Shown: in pieces, positions 49,101 to 62,880 of the stretch
Layout: every line of letters starts with the position of its first letter
Position numbering within the stretch: the first letter of the stretch is position 1
Source of the DNA: Octopus vulgaris
Taxonomy: Eukaryota
Direction of reading: 5' to 3'
DNA length: 64,000 bases
Assembly (NCBI GenBank): GCA_951406725.2
Contig: OX597820.1
Coordinates: 103,044,001 to 103,108,000, forward strand
Translations under genes and position numbers: made by a program
Notes under the pieces: model-generated
The model's database searches: none
Told to the model about the DNA's origin: nothing
Seen by the model: only the letters and a program-made list of their open reading frames with translations

Positions 49101-51949
49101 CTTTTTTGCAAATAAATGACTTTGTCCCTGTGCTAAATGAAGATTATGACGTGGTAGAAATTCTGGATCAATAAGAAACATCTTACAGTAATTATTTTCG
49201 TTATATATATATATACGTATATATTTACATACATATAATATATATATATATATATACACACATCACACATATATTTACGTACGCACACGCACATATATAT
49301 ATATATAAATATTGCGCGCGTGCGTGTGTGTGTGTATTATCAGTACTACATAATTAATGCTTGTGTGTTGTTTAAACGCTAGAAGCTGTGTATAGTGTTA
49401 AAAAGCGCAATATACTCTAGAGATAGGAGAAGCAAAATCACCCCAGAAGTGGTAGATATGCATTTACTATAAATGCATCTTATCAATGCCGAGCACACGA
49501 ATCTCTTTCGAAAGAAGTAGAAATTTCTATTTTGAAGTATATTCAGATAGTGTAAAAACTATTTTCTGAAATGCAATGACAATGTATAAGTAGAAAAAAC
49601 TCAGATTATGAAATACGAGCTCTATAATGTAAATATTATCAGTACCTCACACTTAATGTATACATACAAATGAGTCTTAGCGCTTTATATACACAGAGTC
49701 AGTGTTCAGTGGTCGAGGGCATGCCATTTAAATTTCAACCTGTAGTTTCATTCCTTACTTTTGAAGGAAGGTTTGAAATAAAATGAATCGATAGACAATA
49801 TTTGATAATACTGATGCTAGTTTTATATAGTTGTTGTGTAAAATGCATAATCAAGGTCGATGTTATATAACAATGAACATAGATTTATCGTTTTATCAAT
49901 TCATTGTCTTTTCGTGTCATGATGTTGCTTGTTTGCATTGAATGTCAAAAGCATTAAGCTATTATGTCTGCAAATAATTCAACCTGTAGTAACGCTTTTG
50001 ATTTTCAATACTTGTACGTGTTACTTGTTTTGCTTTGTTTTGTTTTCTTTGTTGCTGCTGTTGTTATAAATTTTGCTTTTTGTTTGCTTTTATGTGGTTG
50101 AGTGAAAAGAGAAAGGACTGTGCCTGCGATCTTTTTCGGGGCCTCTGAGACTGCTGGAAATAAGTTATCTTCAGGTCAAAGATCTGTCTCAAAAACCTGC
50201 AATAGAGCACTCTGCTAAAAATACCCAAGGGCCAGTTGGTGGTTGGTGTTAAACAGGGCGATAGATTACGTTTACCACCCACATTGTAGTGATCACCATC
50301 CAGACAGTAGAGCCAAGGAAAAGCTCCTGACATTTTGAAAGCTTAAACCAGTTTAGATTTCCCAATTAAAATCAATCCGCTTCCTTTATATCAAGAATGC
50401 TTTTGAGATTTGCTTTAACATTACATTTCCCATTTATTCTTCCTTTCATTTTTAGTATTGAAACCTGGAACTAAAGAGAATATGGTATACAGCAAGTGAG
50501 CTGAGTTTTCAGTGTGGCTTTAATTCCTGTTCTATTCATGTCTCTTAACATGCATCGCTAACGCAAATTCGATCCAGTGGAATTTCCCTTTGGATGATAC
50601 ATGGAGAAAATGAGCACTTTATTGCAACGATATTGTTGTTTTACTGAGAACAAGAGTCGCTATCCTGTGGCAAATGAATACGATATTGTGATGTTAATAC
50701 CTCAATAGCATGAAATAAGTGAATAGACTTCAAATCGAGATTGAAATCACGTCGATTATTCTACTTGCAAGGTTCTTATATATTTTACGATCCTTTATTT
50801 GCCCTTCTACAGCATCATTATTGTAAAACGTTTTTTCTAATAATTATCCATTCTTTCATGATTTTAAAATATTGCTATTATTTATCAAAAGACGACCAGA
50901 AAACAGATATAGTAATCCTCTCGGTTCACAGCTAAATCGAGATTCTAAATATTGGAATATGTTTGTTCTGCTTTATTTACTAACTTAAGCGTTCGATATA
51001 GTCGGCAAACATACAGATATCATTGCACATAAAACATATATTTGCTCTGTGCATTGAAAGCAACTAGAGCAGCAACGGTTAATAAAACGAACGCAATATC
51101 TAAGGGAATAAAAGCTCATGCGGTTAGTGCCATTAAATTGCAAAACATGTTTCCAGTTATTACCACAAAGAATGACATTCTAAACTATATTTGTGCTATG
51201 TGTATGATTTTTTTTTTTTTTTTTTTTGTAACCGCTTCAATCCAGATTGAGATTAGTGAAACGACCATTAAGTCTTCCTATGTTAATGTACTTATACTGA
51301 GAGTTAACAAATTATAGTGTAAATAGAGATTCAACACTGACTGCAGCAACCACAAAAATAGTTACTTCAGCAATCCGAGTAATTGTTTTTTTGTTGTTTT
51401 TTTCTATTGTAGATCTTTTATTATAAGAGAATGTGCTCTCTGCTTCCATCATAGTTTGAAACTGATAACGTTTAAATCTATTATTGTCGTCATTTCATAC
51501 AAACTTATAATACTGTCCTTGTAAGGCTATTAAAAGTGGTATGCTATGAGTGGGGCTAATTCTGGATTCTAATGCTCGATGTTGAGAGAGAGATAAAATT
51601 ACTCCATGAGTGAAATAAAATTTGCATAAAGTTAATATAAAGAAAAAAGTTTCACAAGCGATATCCGTTATTCTTTTTTCTTCATGCCATTCCATTATCA
51701 CAAAACTTCACAGTATGACATATACGAAATGAAAATAAAATATAATTTACTGATAAATTTTCGACTAAGGATTTTAATGTAATTCAATCAGATTTGCAAC
51801 AAATGTCACAGTACACCGTTATGCTATCAGACTTCATTTTTTTTTCGCTGTAAATGTAGATTGTGTTTTCAGCTGTTTTTTAAGAAAAAAAGTTATTTAG
51901 ATTATTGTATATTTCCTCCACCAAAAACTTTTTAAAAGTCGTGTTCTGT

Positions 51950-52300
51950 TGGCGCATGCGTGGCTTCGCAACCACATGGTACTGGGTTCAGCCCTACTGC
52001 GTGGCACTTTAGGCAAGTATCTTCTACTATAGCCTCGAGCCGAAAAAAGTTATGAGTGGGTTTGGCAAAAGGAAACTGAAAGAAGCCCGTCGTATATATG
52101 TGTGTGTGCGTCTTTGTATCTGTTTCCCCCTCACCACTTGACAACCAGTGCTTGTGTGTTTTGCAAAAGAGACCGATAGAATAAGTACCAAACTTTAAAA
52201 AATAAGTACTCGAGTCGAAACATTCGACTAAAAGAATTCTTCAAGGCTGTGCTCCAGCATGGCCACAGTCTCATGACTGAAACAAGTGAAAGATAAAAGA
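51950..52300 (+). mobile_element. Family C SINE
   Basis: CAACCACATGGT..GGGTTCAG..CACTGCGTGGCAC..GGCAAGT.TCTTCTACTATAGC ... GCTCCAGCATGGCCACAGTC..TGACTGAAACAAGT. Confidence 0.85.
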
Positions 52301-53154
52301 TATTGAATTACGTAGCAAAGAAAATTTCATGGGAGTGAGTTACTCAGCCAATTCCAAACCCAAATTCATATAAAGAACGTACTTTTCCATCACAGAGGAA
52401 AATGAATATCGAGTTATGCTCAAAGTAAACACTCGTAAATGTTACAATGTCGCTGCTTGCAGAATTTGGCTACTTTTTTGACTACCTTATAGTACTAGCT
52501 TAGAAATACGTGGACAGCTTTTGGAAAGTAAAGGTTTGATCGTTCATATTAATAGTGTTAACCAAATCCGAATTACCTACATTTCAGCTTTCTTTTTTTC
52601 TTTTTGCTCCTTTTTGTGATTTTTTGTCTTTTGTTTTTTCGGATCTTTACCTTTTGACCGGCAGAAAGGTAAAGATCCGTTTTTTCTTTTGTTTCTTTTT
52701 CATTTATTATTTTTTATTTATTTATTTTTTGTACTCTATCGATTCAGCCATCTGCGATCTCATTTGGCTATTGATTAAAGTAATACACTCAGGATGTGTA
52801 GTTAAAAAATTATTTTCACAGATTTAGAAAATAATTTTTTGTAGAAAGTATACTTTCCAGTTCGATTCTTCTGGATGTTACCTTTGACAAGTACCTTCTA
52901 CTATAGCCTCGAACAGAACATTGCTTTATGACTAAAATTCTATGGAAGCAAGTCAGAATATAAATATATAAATATATATATGTTTAGATATACATATAAA
53001 TGTGTGCGAATGATCGTCATCTATGTATGTAGGCTGGACAAAAATCGATGCATCATGAAAAAAGACCATACGTTTAGTTTTGATCACATAGTCTCCTTTT
53101 ACTCCAAGTATTCCTCTTGCCTTTCATTTTTTTCCGCCTGTGGTTTATCCTTAA

Positions 53155-53379
53155 CTTGTTTCAGTCACTAGGGTACCGTCTTAATGGGTTGTAGTCGAAT
53201 AAATCGACTTCAGTACTTTTGTTTTTGCTTGTAATTTTTTTCTATTTTTCTTTTAGTTTAGTATTCTATCATTCACTATTGCTGGACCGCTTAATGAAAA
53301 CTGCTTGTCAAGCAGATTAGGAGTGTGTCACAAAAGCAAACGATAAGACACACAAGAATATACACAGGTGCACTCACAA

Positions 53380-53463
<84 letters not shown>

Positions 53464-53610
53464 CAGGCTTCCATACAGTTTCCATCTAACAAATTCACTC
53501 ATAAGGCATTAATCGGCCTGGGGCTATAGTAGAAGACACTTTTCGGAGGTGCCATACAGTGGGAACGAACCCCAAACCACGTGGCTGCAAAGCAACTTTA
53601 GCTATGCCTA
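53155..53610 (-). mobile_element. Family C SINE with an internal microsatellite
   Basis: Similar to 15544-15882 plus 20227-20258. Confidence 0.8.
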
Positions 53611-54299
53611 CACTTAAAGTGTTTTTGTTTTGTTTTTTGTTTGTTTGTTTTTTGTTTGCTTTGTGACTCCCTTTGGAATCTTTAATTTTTCAGTAGGCCT
53701 CTGGGACACTGTTAGTGAAAAAGTAATTCAGTTTTTTTTTAATAAATGGTCAAGGTAGAAATAAGCCACTATTGAAAAAGCTAGAAATATTTAATAAAAG
53801 TATAATTTCTAAAATTTAGCACGTAATAACCAAATTTTAAATATTGTTTTCACTTTAGTTTATTATCCTGAAATTCATTTCTGTGAATATTTAAAAATTG
53901 ATTATACTTAAGGAAACCAATCCTTGAACAAAAATTAATATAATAAATAAGCACTAAAAAATTTATTTCCTCCCAATAACGTAATAAACTCCATAAAAAT
54001 ATCAATGACTATAAATTGTACATTTATTCTATATCATTCCATTTCACAAAAAAAAAACTATTTTTAGGATTCAATAAAAGAACCATATATAATACATTAT
54101 TTTTTTGGTATATCATGCATAACAAAACTTTTCTACTTTTCCGTCCTAGAAAATTAATAACGTCTAAAATTACCAATTTTTTAGCACAAAAATAAAATCC
54201 TTAAGCAAAATAAATAGAAAAAAGATATATTATGTTATCCTATTACTGTATTTATTCAATGAAATCCTTGTGGTTGATTCAGTTTCATTAGTTTTTAGA

Positions 54300-55318
54300 T
54301 AGCAGAGTCTGTAGTTTTTAAAGACAAATGAAAATCACTACTTACAATTTCTAAGCGACTGCAAGCTTCTGAGAGTAAGAAAGACACTGTTAAAACCGAA
54401 CTCAACAGTATGAAATAGAAAAGGCAATGAAATATAATTTTACATTCTATCAAAGCAATAAGAATTTTCTAGCAATTTCACCACTTGTTCATAAGTTATT
54501 GAATCCATGATTAAATCTAGCTTAAGCAATTTGATTACTCTGCAAATCAATTAAGTTTTCTAGTAGTCTGATATCAGCATCAGCTGCATTTGTCCCAAAT
54601 GAATCTACCGCCTAACTTGGAATGTTCATTTCTAGGATTCCTTTGAACCTAATTTCCATATTATTGTGCAATTCCTTCAAGTGCTCACTGTTCACATAAA
54701 TATCATTCTTTTGCAGCTCCTTCTCAATAGCGGCGAGCGTTGGAAACTGCATAAATTCTTTATGCCCAGTATTTATACTGAACAGATTTAGGTTCTTCTA
54801 GGAAAGCAGTAATGGTCTCTTTGCAAGTTGAAAGATTTGTATTTTTAACTTGTAGTTGTTTATTCAGTAAACTTAACTTCCCGAATATATCTGGAAAGTA
54901 AGATATGCCAATCTGACATCTAGAGTTTCTTCTCCAAGTTGTTTATCATTCAGAAACATTATAATACTGTCCCAAATTCCAATAAAGTGATGAGGGTAAT
55001 TACCCTTAGACATTTTCATTCATACAATGCCAACTTAATTTTTTATTTATCAACGAAAGCTCATCCAAATGTTAAATGAATCCTTTGAAAAATCTTATAG
55101 AGAAAATGCATTGTGTATGTCTATGGATGCATTTTTTAGTGTGAAATTTGAGGAATTACAGGCAATAATAGAATATTTTAATAGAGTGGTAGATGTGTGA
55201 TTCCAGCCATTGATCTTGTGTTTATCGACCACCATCACCCAATGCCTAAAATTTTCTGTAACCCCATTGAAGTATGCCATGGACCAGAGGTCATATGATC
55301 CCAATTTGGGAAACACTG
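54300..55318 (-). mobile_element. hAT (Charlie/Buster, ZBED5/FAM200-like) transposon relic
   Basis: TIR-like CAGTGTTTCCCAAA at 55305-55318. Degenerate minus-strand motifs IHR, SKGN...WDSIIMFL and AYL.DIFGKLSLLNKQLQ. Confidence 0.65.
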
Positions 55319-55925
55319 CTTTATGCGGGTGATGAATTAAGGATCAAACCAAGTACAAGGATCAATATAATTGACCAAAACACTTCCAGGAGCTCCAACA
55401 TAAAAGCATTCCAAAAGCTAAAATAATAAAAAAGAAAAAGGTAAGAGTATATAATGCATGAGATTAGAAGAGATACACTACCAGTGAACAGAAATTGTAG
55501 ACTTGTTTCGATTCCCGATCGAAATCATTTCATTTCTCCTGTCCGTCTACATTAATATACTTGAGAAAAACATAATTGTTGCCACAATTTTATTCTTTTC
55601 ACCCACAAATTTGTAAATTTCGTTAACATAAACGAGCAATTATCATACATATTTGCTGCTTAAAATAATCTCTGTGTGACATCCATTTAAGCATGAACTG
55701 CGAAGCTAACTATGTTATATCACATGACAACAAATGACCATCTGTCACGTAGTAGTCCATTAGCACACGCTCTCTGCTCGGTTATTTGTCAATTAGCACG
55801 AATGTGTTTATTACTCACTGTAAAGTTTTCAAACATACAATGGCTTGTTTAATGGCTCTAACACTCAGTAAAATTGTATTATATAATTCTATTTAAACTA
55901 CACACTACCAGTATGTTTTGAAGTG

Positions 55926-56335
55926 CAGGAGTGGCGGAATGGTTGTATAATTAAGAAGCTTACTTTGCAATCCACGTGGTTTCGGGTTCAGTCCCACTGA
56001 AGAGCAAGTATCTTCTACTGTAGCTCCGGATCGGAAAATGTTTTGTGAGTTAATTTGGTAGACAGAAACTGTGTAGAAACTCGTCGTATATATGTAAGTG
56101 TGTGTGTGTGTGTGTGTGTGTGCGTGTGCCTTTGTACTTGTCCACCTGCCATCACTTGACAACCGGTGTTGATTTGTTTATGTCCCGTAACCTAGCGGAT
56201 CGGCAAAAAGACTAATAAAATAAGCACCGGGCTTTAAAAACATAAGTACTGGGTTCTATTTGTTCAACTACACCCTTCAAAACAGCATAGCCGAAATCCA
56301 ATGACTGAAAACATGTACAATATAAACGAAAAAGG
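55926..56335 (+). mobile_element. Family C SINE
   Basis: CAGGAGTGGC...AAGAAGCTTACTTTGCAATCCACGTGGTTTCGGGTTCAGTCCCACTG...AATGACTGAAAA. Confidence 0.8.
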
Positions 56336-57364
56336 ATAAATAAATTACAAAAGGCGTAGCGTAAGAGATATATTTCTACTGAATCGAAGCCGCAATATCA
56401 TTTCCATTACTGGAAAGGCATGACTGTCACAACTTTTTGTTTCATTCTCTTCCTTACAACACAATGGTGTATGTACTTTGTCAAAGGAAACTATATACGT
56501 TGCCTTAAGTAATTTCAAGAAAAATATCATCTTCCTTTCTAATTAACACTTATTATAAACTGCAATTACTGCAGAAATTAACTAACTTTTAAGAAGAAAA
56601 GTTGTATATATAGATCACCTAATCTTTCAATGAATCGATTTTCCTTCTTTTTTTTCTTTATTTGAGAATTAATTCTTTAATTCTCAAATCCGTGTTTCTC
56701 CTAAAAAAATTACCTTAATATAAGTGAGCAGAATCCCAAATTAATTTACTGGGAAATTAAGATTTTTAATTTAAAATAAATTTTGGTTATAGTTGATGGA
56801 AAAATCGCATCACGTCTTTTTAATTGCAATTGGACATATACTTTTTTTTAAGCGAAACACTATATCTTGCTATATCCTATTTTATTTCGTTTAAATCTTT
56901 GAAGACTAATAGCTAAACTAACAGTCGTTTAAAATAATAAATTGATTTATTTTGACAAATTAAAAAGCTATTTTCTAGTGACTCGTTAGCATTACTGAGA
57001 ATTGGGATTCCAGTGTGTCGCTGATATTTATTTAATTTGTTGGACCTCTAGTTTAGTGAAAGACTGCATCGATAGAAGCTAGATTCTAACTCAGCACACA
57101 TAATAACATACCTTCACGAAATTTAATCCGTCGCACTGCCGTTTCTGTTAACTTACATTCTAATATGCTTGTGCGCTGAGAGCTGACTTAAATATAAGCA
57201 ACTTACTATCTCTATTGGAAAGAATAATTTAGTTTTGGTTCCTCTTAAGTTATTTTCCCTCAACATCCCTTGTTGTTAAGTAAAATATTATGCTGCAAAA
57301 AAAGTTCTATCGCAATTCAAGGGGAAAAAATGCTCCTTTGGTCTTAATATATTTGATCAAGATG

Positions 57365-57737
57365 TGGAGGCGCCATGGCCCAGTTGTTAGGGCAGCAGTC
57401 ATAGGAACACGGTTTCGATTCTCAGACACGACGTTGTGAGTGTTTATTTATTTAAAGCACCTAAAAGTTCCACGAGGCTCCGGCAAGGGTGGTGGTAAAC
57501 CCTCCTGTACTCTTTCACCACAACTTCCTCTCATGTTTTCTTTCTCTTTCTGTTGTACCTGTATTTCAAAAGGCCAGCCTTGTCACACTCTGTGTCGCAC
57601 TGAATCTCCCAAAGAACCACGTTAAGGGTATATGTGTTAGTGGATTGCTCATCCATTTGCACGTTAATTTCACAGGCAGGCTGTTCCGTTGATCGCATCA
57701 ACTGGAACCCGCGTCGTCGTAACCGACGGAGTGCCTG
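57365..57737 (+). mobile_element. Family A SINE
   Basis: Reverse-complement homologue of 8446-8835, including the GTCGTAACCGACGGAGTGC end. Confidence 0.92.
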
Positions 57738-57827
57738 CCACGGATTCGATCAAAGATAATGTTTCCCCTCAATATTGTCAATATTGATAATGTTTATTAG
57801 GTGATCCTGTCTATTAAGCAAATTGTT

Positions 57828-58936
57828 GATTGGTTGGACATAAGATTATTTAGGTTTAGAAGTAAAGAAATACCCAATATTGTTTTTAACCTCTTGAAGA
57901 TTAATAAACTTTTTTTCCTTCTAGATAATGTTGCAATGATCTGAGAAGATGGTAGTCAGATGGAGTAAGGTCATGGGAGTAAGGAAAATAAAGCAAAATT
58001 TCTGCATTTAATGCAATGATCTTTTACTGGGTGACTAGGGCAATATGTGGTCTTGTATTATCGTGCAAAAATTTTACTCCTTTTGACCAATGATGGACGT
58101 TTTTTTCCGCAACACTTTGTGCACCGCTTTCAATTGATGACAATACTTCTCTGCATTTACTGTTTCGTTTTGATTTAGCACTTTCATAATAGACGATGCC
58201 CTTCATATTTCAACAAACACAGAGCTTAACATTTTAGGTGCGTAGTCCTGGTTTGGAGATGGATTTTTTCATTTGGTGCTAACGTTTTCGTTTGATATGA
58301 TTATAGAAAGGTTACTTTTCGTCTTTTGTGATGATAATGTCCAGGAAAGATTCGGTAGCAAACCTACTCTTCAATGACGAGCAAAGAACAACTTTTTGAT
58401 TAAGTTGAAAAACAGTCAGATGATGAGGTATCCACTGACACTTTCCTCGGTTGTAGAAGGTGTTTTCTGATCGAAGTGTAACTTGAATTCAACTGATTTG
58501 CTAATTTCCGTACAGTTTGCTTTTGGATTTTCTTCAACTACAGTTTTCAGAAGCACACTATTAACAGAACTTAGTCTTCCAGATCAAGGAGGACATGCCA
58601 GAGAAAATTTCCCATACAAACTGACCCAATCATAGTTGGCATGTCCAGACACTTAAAGCCTTATTTCCATAGACAGAACGAATATTTCTTGCCGCTTCCA
58701 TTGCTGAAAATCCCCTTTTAAACTTATACTGCATGCAGTGTCTGGTATGGATCTGATCTTGACTTATTGTCAAAGGGGAAAACCGACAGAATTTAACCAC
58801 TTTGGCATAAAGTAATCTGCAAAGAAAAAGAACATTAGAAGTTAAAAATTAAAACTTATTTTACCGTAAGTATTGAAAAAGTACCCTCAAAGGATTCATG
58901 CAAAAAATGCGATAGCACTTCGTTACCAACCTAACA
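57828..58936 (-). mobile_element. mariner transposon relic (D,D34D transposase pseudogene)
   Basis: Minus strand motifs: IHTRHCMQYKF, WIPHHLT (WVPHEL), IITKDEK (TGDEK), KGIVYYE, FLHDNTRPH and PYSHDLTPSDYHL (YSPDLAPSDY). TIR-like TTAGGTTGGT at ~58935. Confidence 0.88.
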
Positions 58937-59472
58937 TTTACTTCATAGTGGATGATTACAAGTGGTGTACTTTCTCGTGTTTTATCTACTTTTGCTAAGC
59001 GATCGCCAATTGCGACTATTATCAAGAGGAAAGGAACACATCCAACAACTGAGCTAACGAATATAATTCGCAAATCTGGTCTGAGAATGTATACTAGAAT
59101 TATATTCCATTGAATTTTTCAGAGTCGTAAAAACTTTTTTTAACTGTACGCTATAAACTACAGTAACATGCGTTATTTATATGATGTCTCAGATGAGTTA
59201 CACCAGTTTTGTGGCCTTATCCGGAGGAAGAATTGGCAAGAATTGAGTGCCTTGGACCTGTATACACCTCTCACTGTCAGAGGCCTGAAATTTTTTCGAT
59301 ACAACTAGCTATAATCCTTATTATAGAGGGTGGGTCAAAAGTCACTCACAAACTAAGCTAAATCCGCTCCAGAATTGCCAAAGACATGCTTCAACTTTTC
59401 TAAAATTGAATAAAATAATGATTAATACACATGTACATGCACAGGATAAACGAAATGAATAATAATGATGAT

Positions 59473-59936
59473 GGTTTCAAATTTTGCCACAAGAGCAGCA
59501 ATTTTGGTGTGGTGTATGAGTCAATTACATCGACTCCAATCTTCAACTTATTTTATCGATCCCGAAAGGATGGAAGACAAAGTCGACCTCGGCGGAATTT
59601 GAACGCAGAACAGAGTGACGGAGGAAATACCGCTAAGCATTACGTCCAGCGTGCCAACGATTCTGCCAGCTCTCCGCCTTCATGATAGCAATTATTATTA
59701 TTATTTCAAATTTTTGCCACAAGGGCAGCTTGGAGGGTGGTAGGAATGAGTCAATTACATTGATCCCAGTGTTCAACTGGGACTTATTTTATAGACCCCG
59801 AAATGATGGACGGTAAAGTTAACCTCGGCGGAATTTGAACTCAGAACATAGCGACGGACGAAATACCGCTAACGATTCTGCTAGCTCGCTGCCTTCATAA
59901 TAATAGTAATAATAATAAAAAAAAAATAAAAAAAAA

Positions 59937-59987
<51 letters not shown>

Positions 59988-60216
59988 CACCAATAATAAT
60001 AATAATAATCCTTTCTACTATAGGCACAAGGCCTAAAATTTTGGGGAAGGGCTTAAGTCGATTACATCGACCATAGTACTCAACTGGTACTTGATTTATC
60101 GACCCCGAAAGGATGAAAAGCAAAGTCGACCTCGGAGGAATTTGAACGTAGTGATGGCCGAAATGCTACTAAGCATTTCGCCTGGCATCGTAACGATTCT
60201 GCCAGCTCTCCACCTT
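59473..60216 (-). mobile_element. Three consecutive family M SINEs (59473-59681, 59704-59896, 60009-60216) separated by ATT/TAA repeats
   Basis: Each carries CCCGAAA.GATG...GTCGACCTCGG.GGAATTTGAAC and CGATTCTGC.AGCTC. Confidence 0.9.
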
Positions 60217-60219
60217 AAT

Positions 60220-60238
60220 ATTAATAATAATAATAATA

Positions 60239-60331
<93 letters not shown>
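60220..60331. repeat. (TAA)n/(TTA)n microsatellite
   Basis: Directly visible. Confidence 0.98.
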
Positions 60332-62800
60332 GTCTTTGCACAGCTTCTAACGTAGGAGATGTACTATGGATTGCTCTCCCTAGATTGTCATGTCTTTTCT
60401 TTCATTCTTTCTGTACCAGCATGCTACATTCACTTACTATTTGGGTAACACTTTCTTCTTTTGATTTGTATGATCTACATTGAGAATCTACTTGGTGTCT
60501 TGCCCATTTTGGCTTTTAACCAATTAGTCCTTAATGCTTGATCTTATGCAGCTACTAACAAACTTTCTGTCTCCCTCGTCAGCTTTCCCTTCTGCAGCCA
60601 TAACTATGTCTCACTACTACTATTTGCTGAAATTATCTTTGGGAAGCTACCATGCAACGCTTTCTCCTGCCAGTCAGATAATTTCTGTTGTTTTTTTCTG
60701 ATTTTAAGTTCGTTTGGTGTTTTGGTTTCCCTGTGTCTTGCTATGACTCTACTAGCTTTTAATAAAATCCCTTCACTATTACCTATATAGGAATCCTTAT
60801 CTACTCTAGCTAACTCTACGCAGTCTTCCACCTTCCTTTCTATGTAAGTATAATCTTGCTACTCCTACCCTTGGGTGGAGTCCTCCATTCATATCGAATT
60901 CCTTCCTCGTTCTTCTGTCTAGTTTTGCTAATTCAGTTTTTGTCCATTCTACAAATTCTGCTGAGTATCTAAGCAATGATACTACCCATGTATTTACAGC
61001 CTTCACTAAATTCGGACCGTTTAACTTTGACTTCATTAGCTTCCTCACCCTTCTGATGCACTCCTTCTCAATCTTCGTTTTCATTTCTGTAGTTGTACTC
61101 TGTCAGATTCTAATACTCCTAGATACTTATAACTCTCTCCTCCTTTCAGTGATTTTAATGTCTGGCTATCTGGTAAATGGATGCCTTCGCTGCTCACTAC
61201 CGGTCCCTTTTATATGACTAGTATTGCACACTTATCTATGCCAAATTCCATGCCTATACCTTTGCTGAAGACTCTTACAGTCTCTATTCAGGAATCTATC
61301 TCTTTTTCATTCTTACTAAAATGCTTCATATCATCCTTGTAGAGCAAATGGCTAATTTTTCCATTACTGTTTCTGAACTGATACCCTGCCTTTGCCTTCC
61401 TTAAAACTAAACTGAGGGTGATCAAACAGAGAACAGATACCAAAGAGGATAACGAGTCCCCCTGGAAAATTCCTCTTTTAATATTAACTTTCCCTAAGAC
61501 TGTGTCACCTGAGTATAGATCTACTTTCCATTTCTTCATACTAAAGCTAATTGATTTTCTTATGTTGTCTGCTATACAGAACATACTCAAACATTCACTT
61601 ATCCATGAGTGTGGGATTGTCATAGGCTTTCCTATAATCTGTCCATGCTATTGTTAGATTTTTCTTTCTAGCTTTTACTTAATTTAGAACTGCTTTGTCT
61701 GTATATAATAGCTCATGCATTCACTAGCCTTCTTCCTGCAACCTTTCTTTTCTTCTGGTAGTAATTTCTGGTTGCCAAAGGGCTCGTAAGTGTTTTCTGA
61801 AAGTATTCCTGTTAACAGCTTCCACACAAATGGTAAGTAAGTGATTGATCTACAGTTGCTAGCTTTATTACCCTTGCTCTTGTCATTCATAATGAGTATT
61901 GCCCTCCCTCTAGTCACCCAATCTAATATTATTCCTCCATTAAGGCAATCCTGAAGTTGTTCCCTCAGCCTCCCATGTAAACTACTGAATTTCTTAAGCC
62001 AGTACCCTTGAACTAAATTTGTTCCTTCCAATTCGGCATTTTTCCTAACACTTTATTCATTAATGCACTAGTTGGTCTTAGATCTGGCTGCTTCTCAATC
62101 ACTACTTCTTCCTTCACTTTTTTAAGCATACTGCATCTCCATTGTGATTGATTGGTTTATCCCAAATATTACTCCAGAACTCTCTAGCTTCCTCTGCATT
62201 AGGTTTCTCATCTTCTGTACTTCGTACTCAACTATTTATTTGGTTATAAAATCGCCTCTGGTCTGTCTCAAATAATCTATTCTGTTGATACTGAACTATT
62301 CTTTTCTGATATCTGAAGTGCTGTTTCAACTCTTCTATTACTATCCACAATCCTTTCTCTTTTACTAAGTATCTTTTCTCGGAGGAAGATTTGCATCTTG
62401 TATTTCCTAACTTGTTCAGCTTCCAGGTTTCTATTTTATACGGATCTTGTCTTAAGGTCTTCACTTTATTTTGTAGTCTCCTTTCGCCCTTTTTTAATCT
62501 TTCCCTGCGAGATATCTAATCTTCTGGTGACTACTACCCCTCCTACATAGATCAATAACTTAGTGTCTTCTATATTTTTAGTATCTATTCTCCTGATAAC
62601 AGAATCTACTTTTCTAGTCATTTCTTGTAGCTTCCTTCTGTTGATGTCTTTTAACGTTGGCAGTCTTTTTCTTACTTCTTTACTCATTACTTCATGCAAC
62701 TCATCTAAAATCTTCTGATCTTCCCCACTAAAATGTTGTTTAGTTTTGACTTTTGCCTTGTAGTTTAGATAACTATAAATATGTGAGGATTGGAGTAGAT
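60332..62800 (-). mobile_element. R4/Dong-clade LINE, decayed RT with the REL region deleted
   Basis: YWLKKF, ASNCRSITYLPFVWKLLTGI, IPHSWI, IKRGIFQGDSLSS, HLLYKDDMK, KLDRRTRK...GGLHPR...RLYL.RKEGG and WQEKALHG. The 3' end abuts (TAA)n. Confidence 0.92.
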
Positions 62801-62880
62801 AGTAGGAGAAAGAGAAGCCGCTTGGTGAATAGACCAAATTCCACAAGTCTGTAAATAGGTTCGGCAGATGGTGAGATGAC

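Noticed and set aside
59473-60216. Regularly spaced repeats suggestive of a CRISPR-like array
   Set aside because: The units are ~200-bp diverged SINE copies in a eukaryotic context, with no cas genes.
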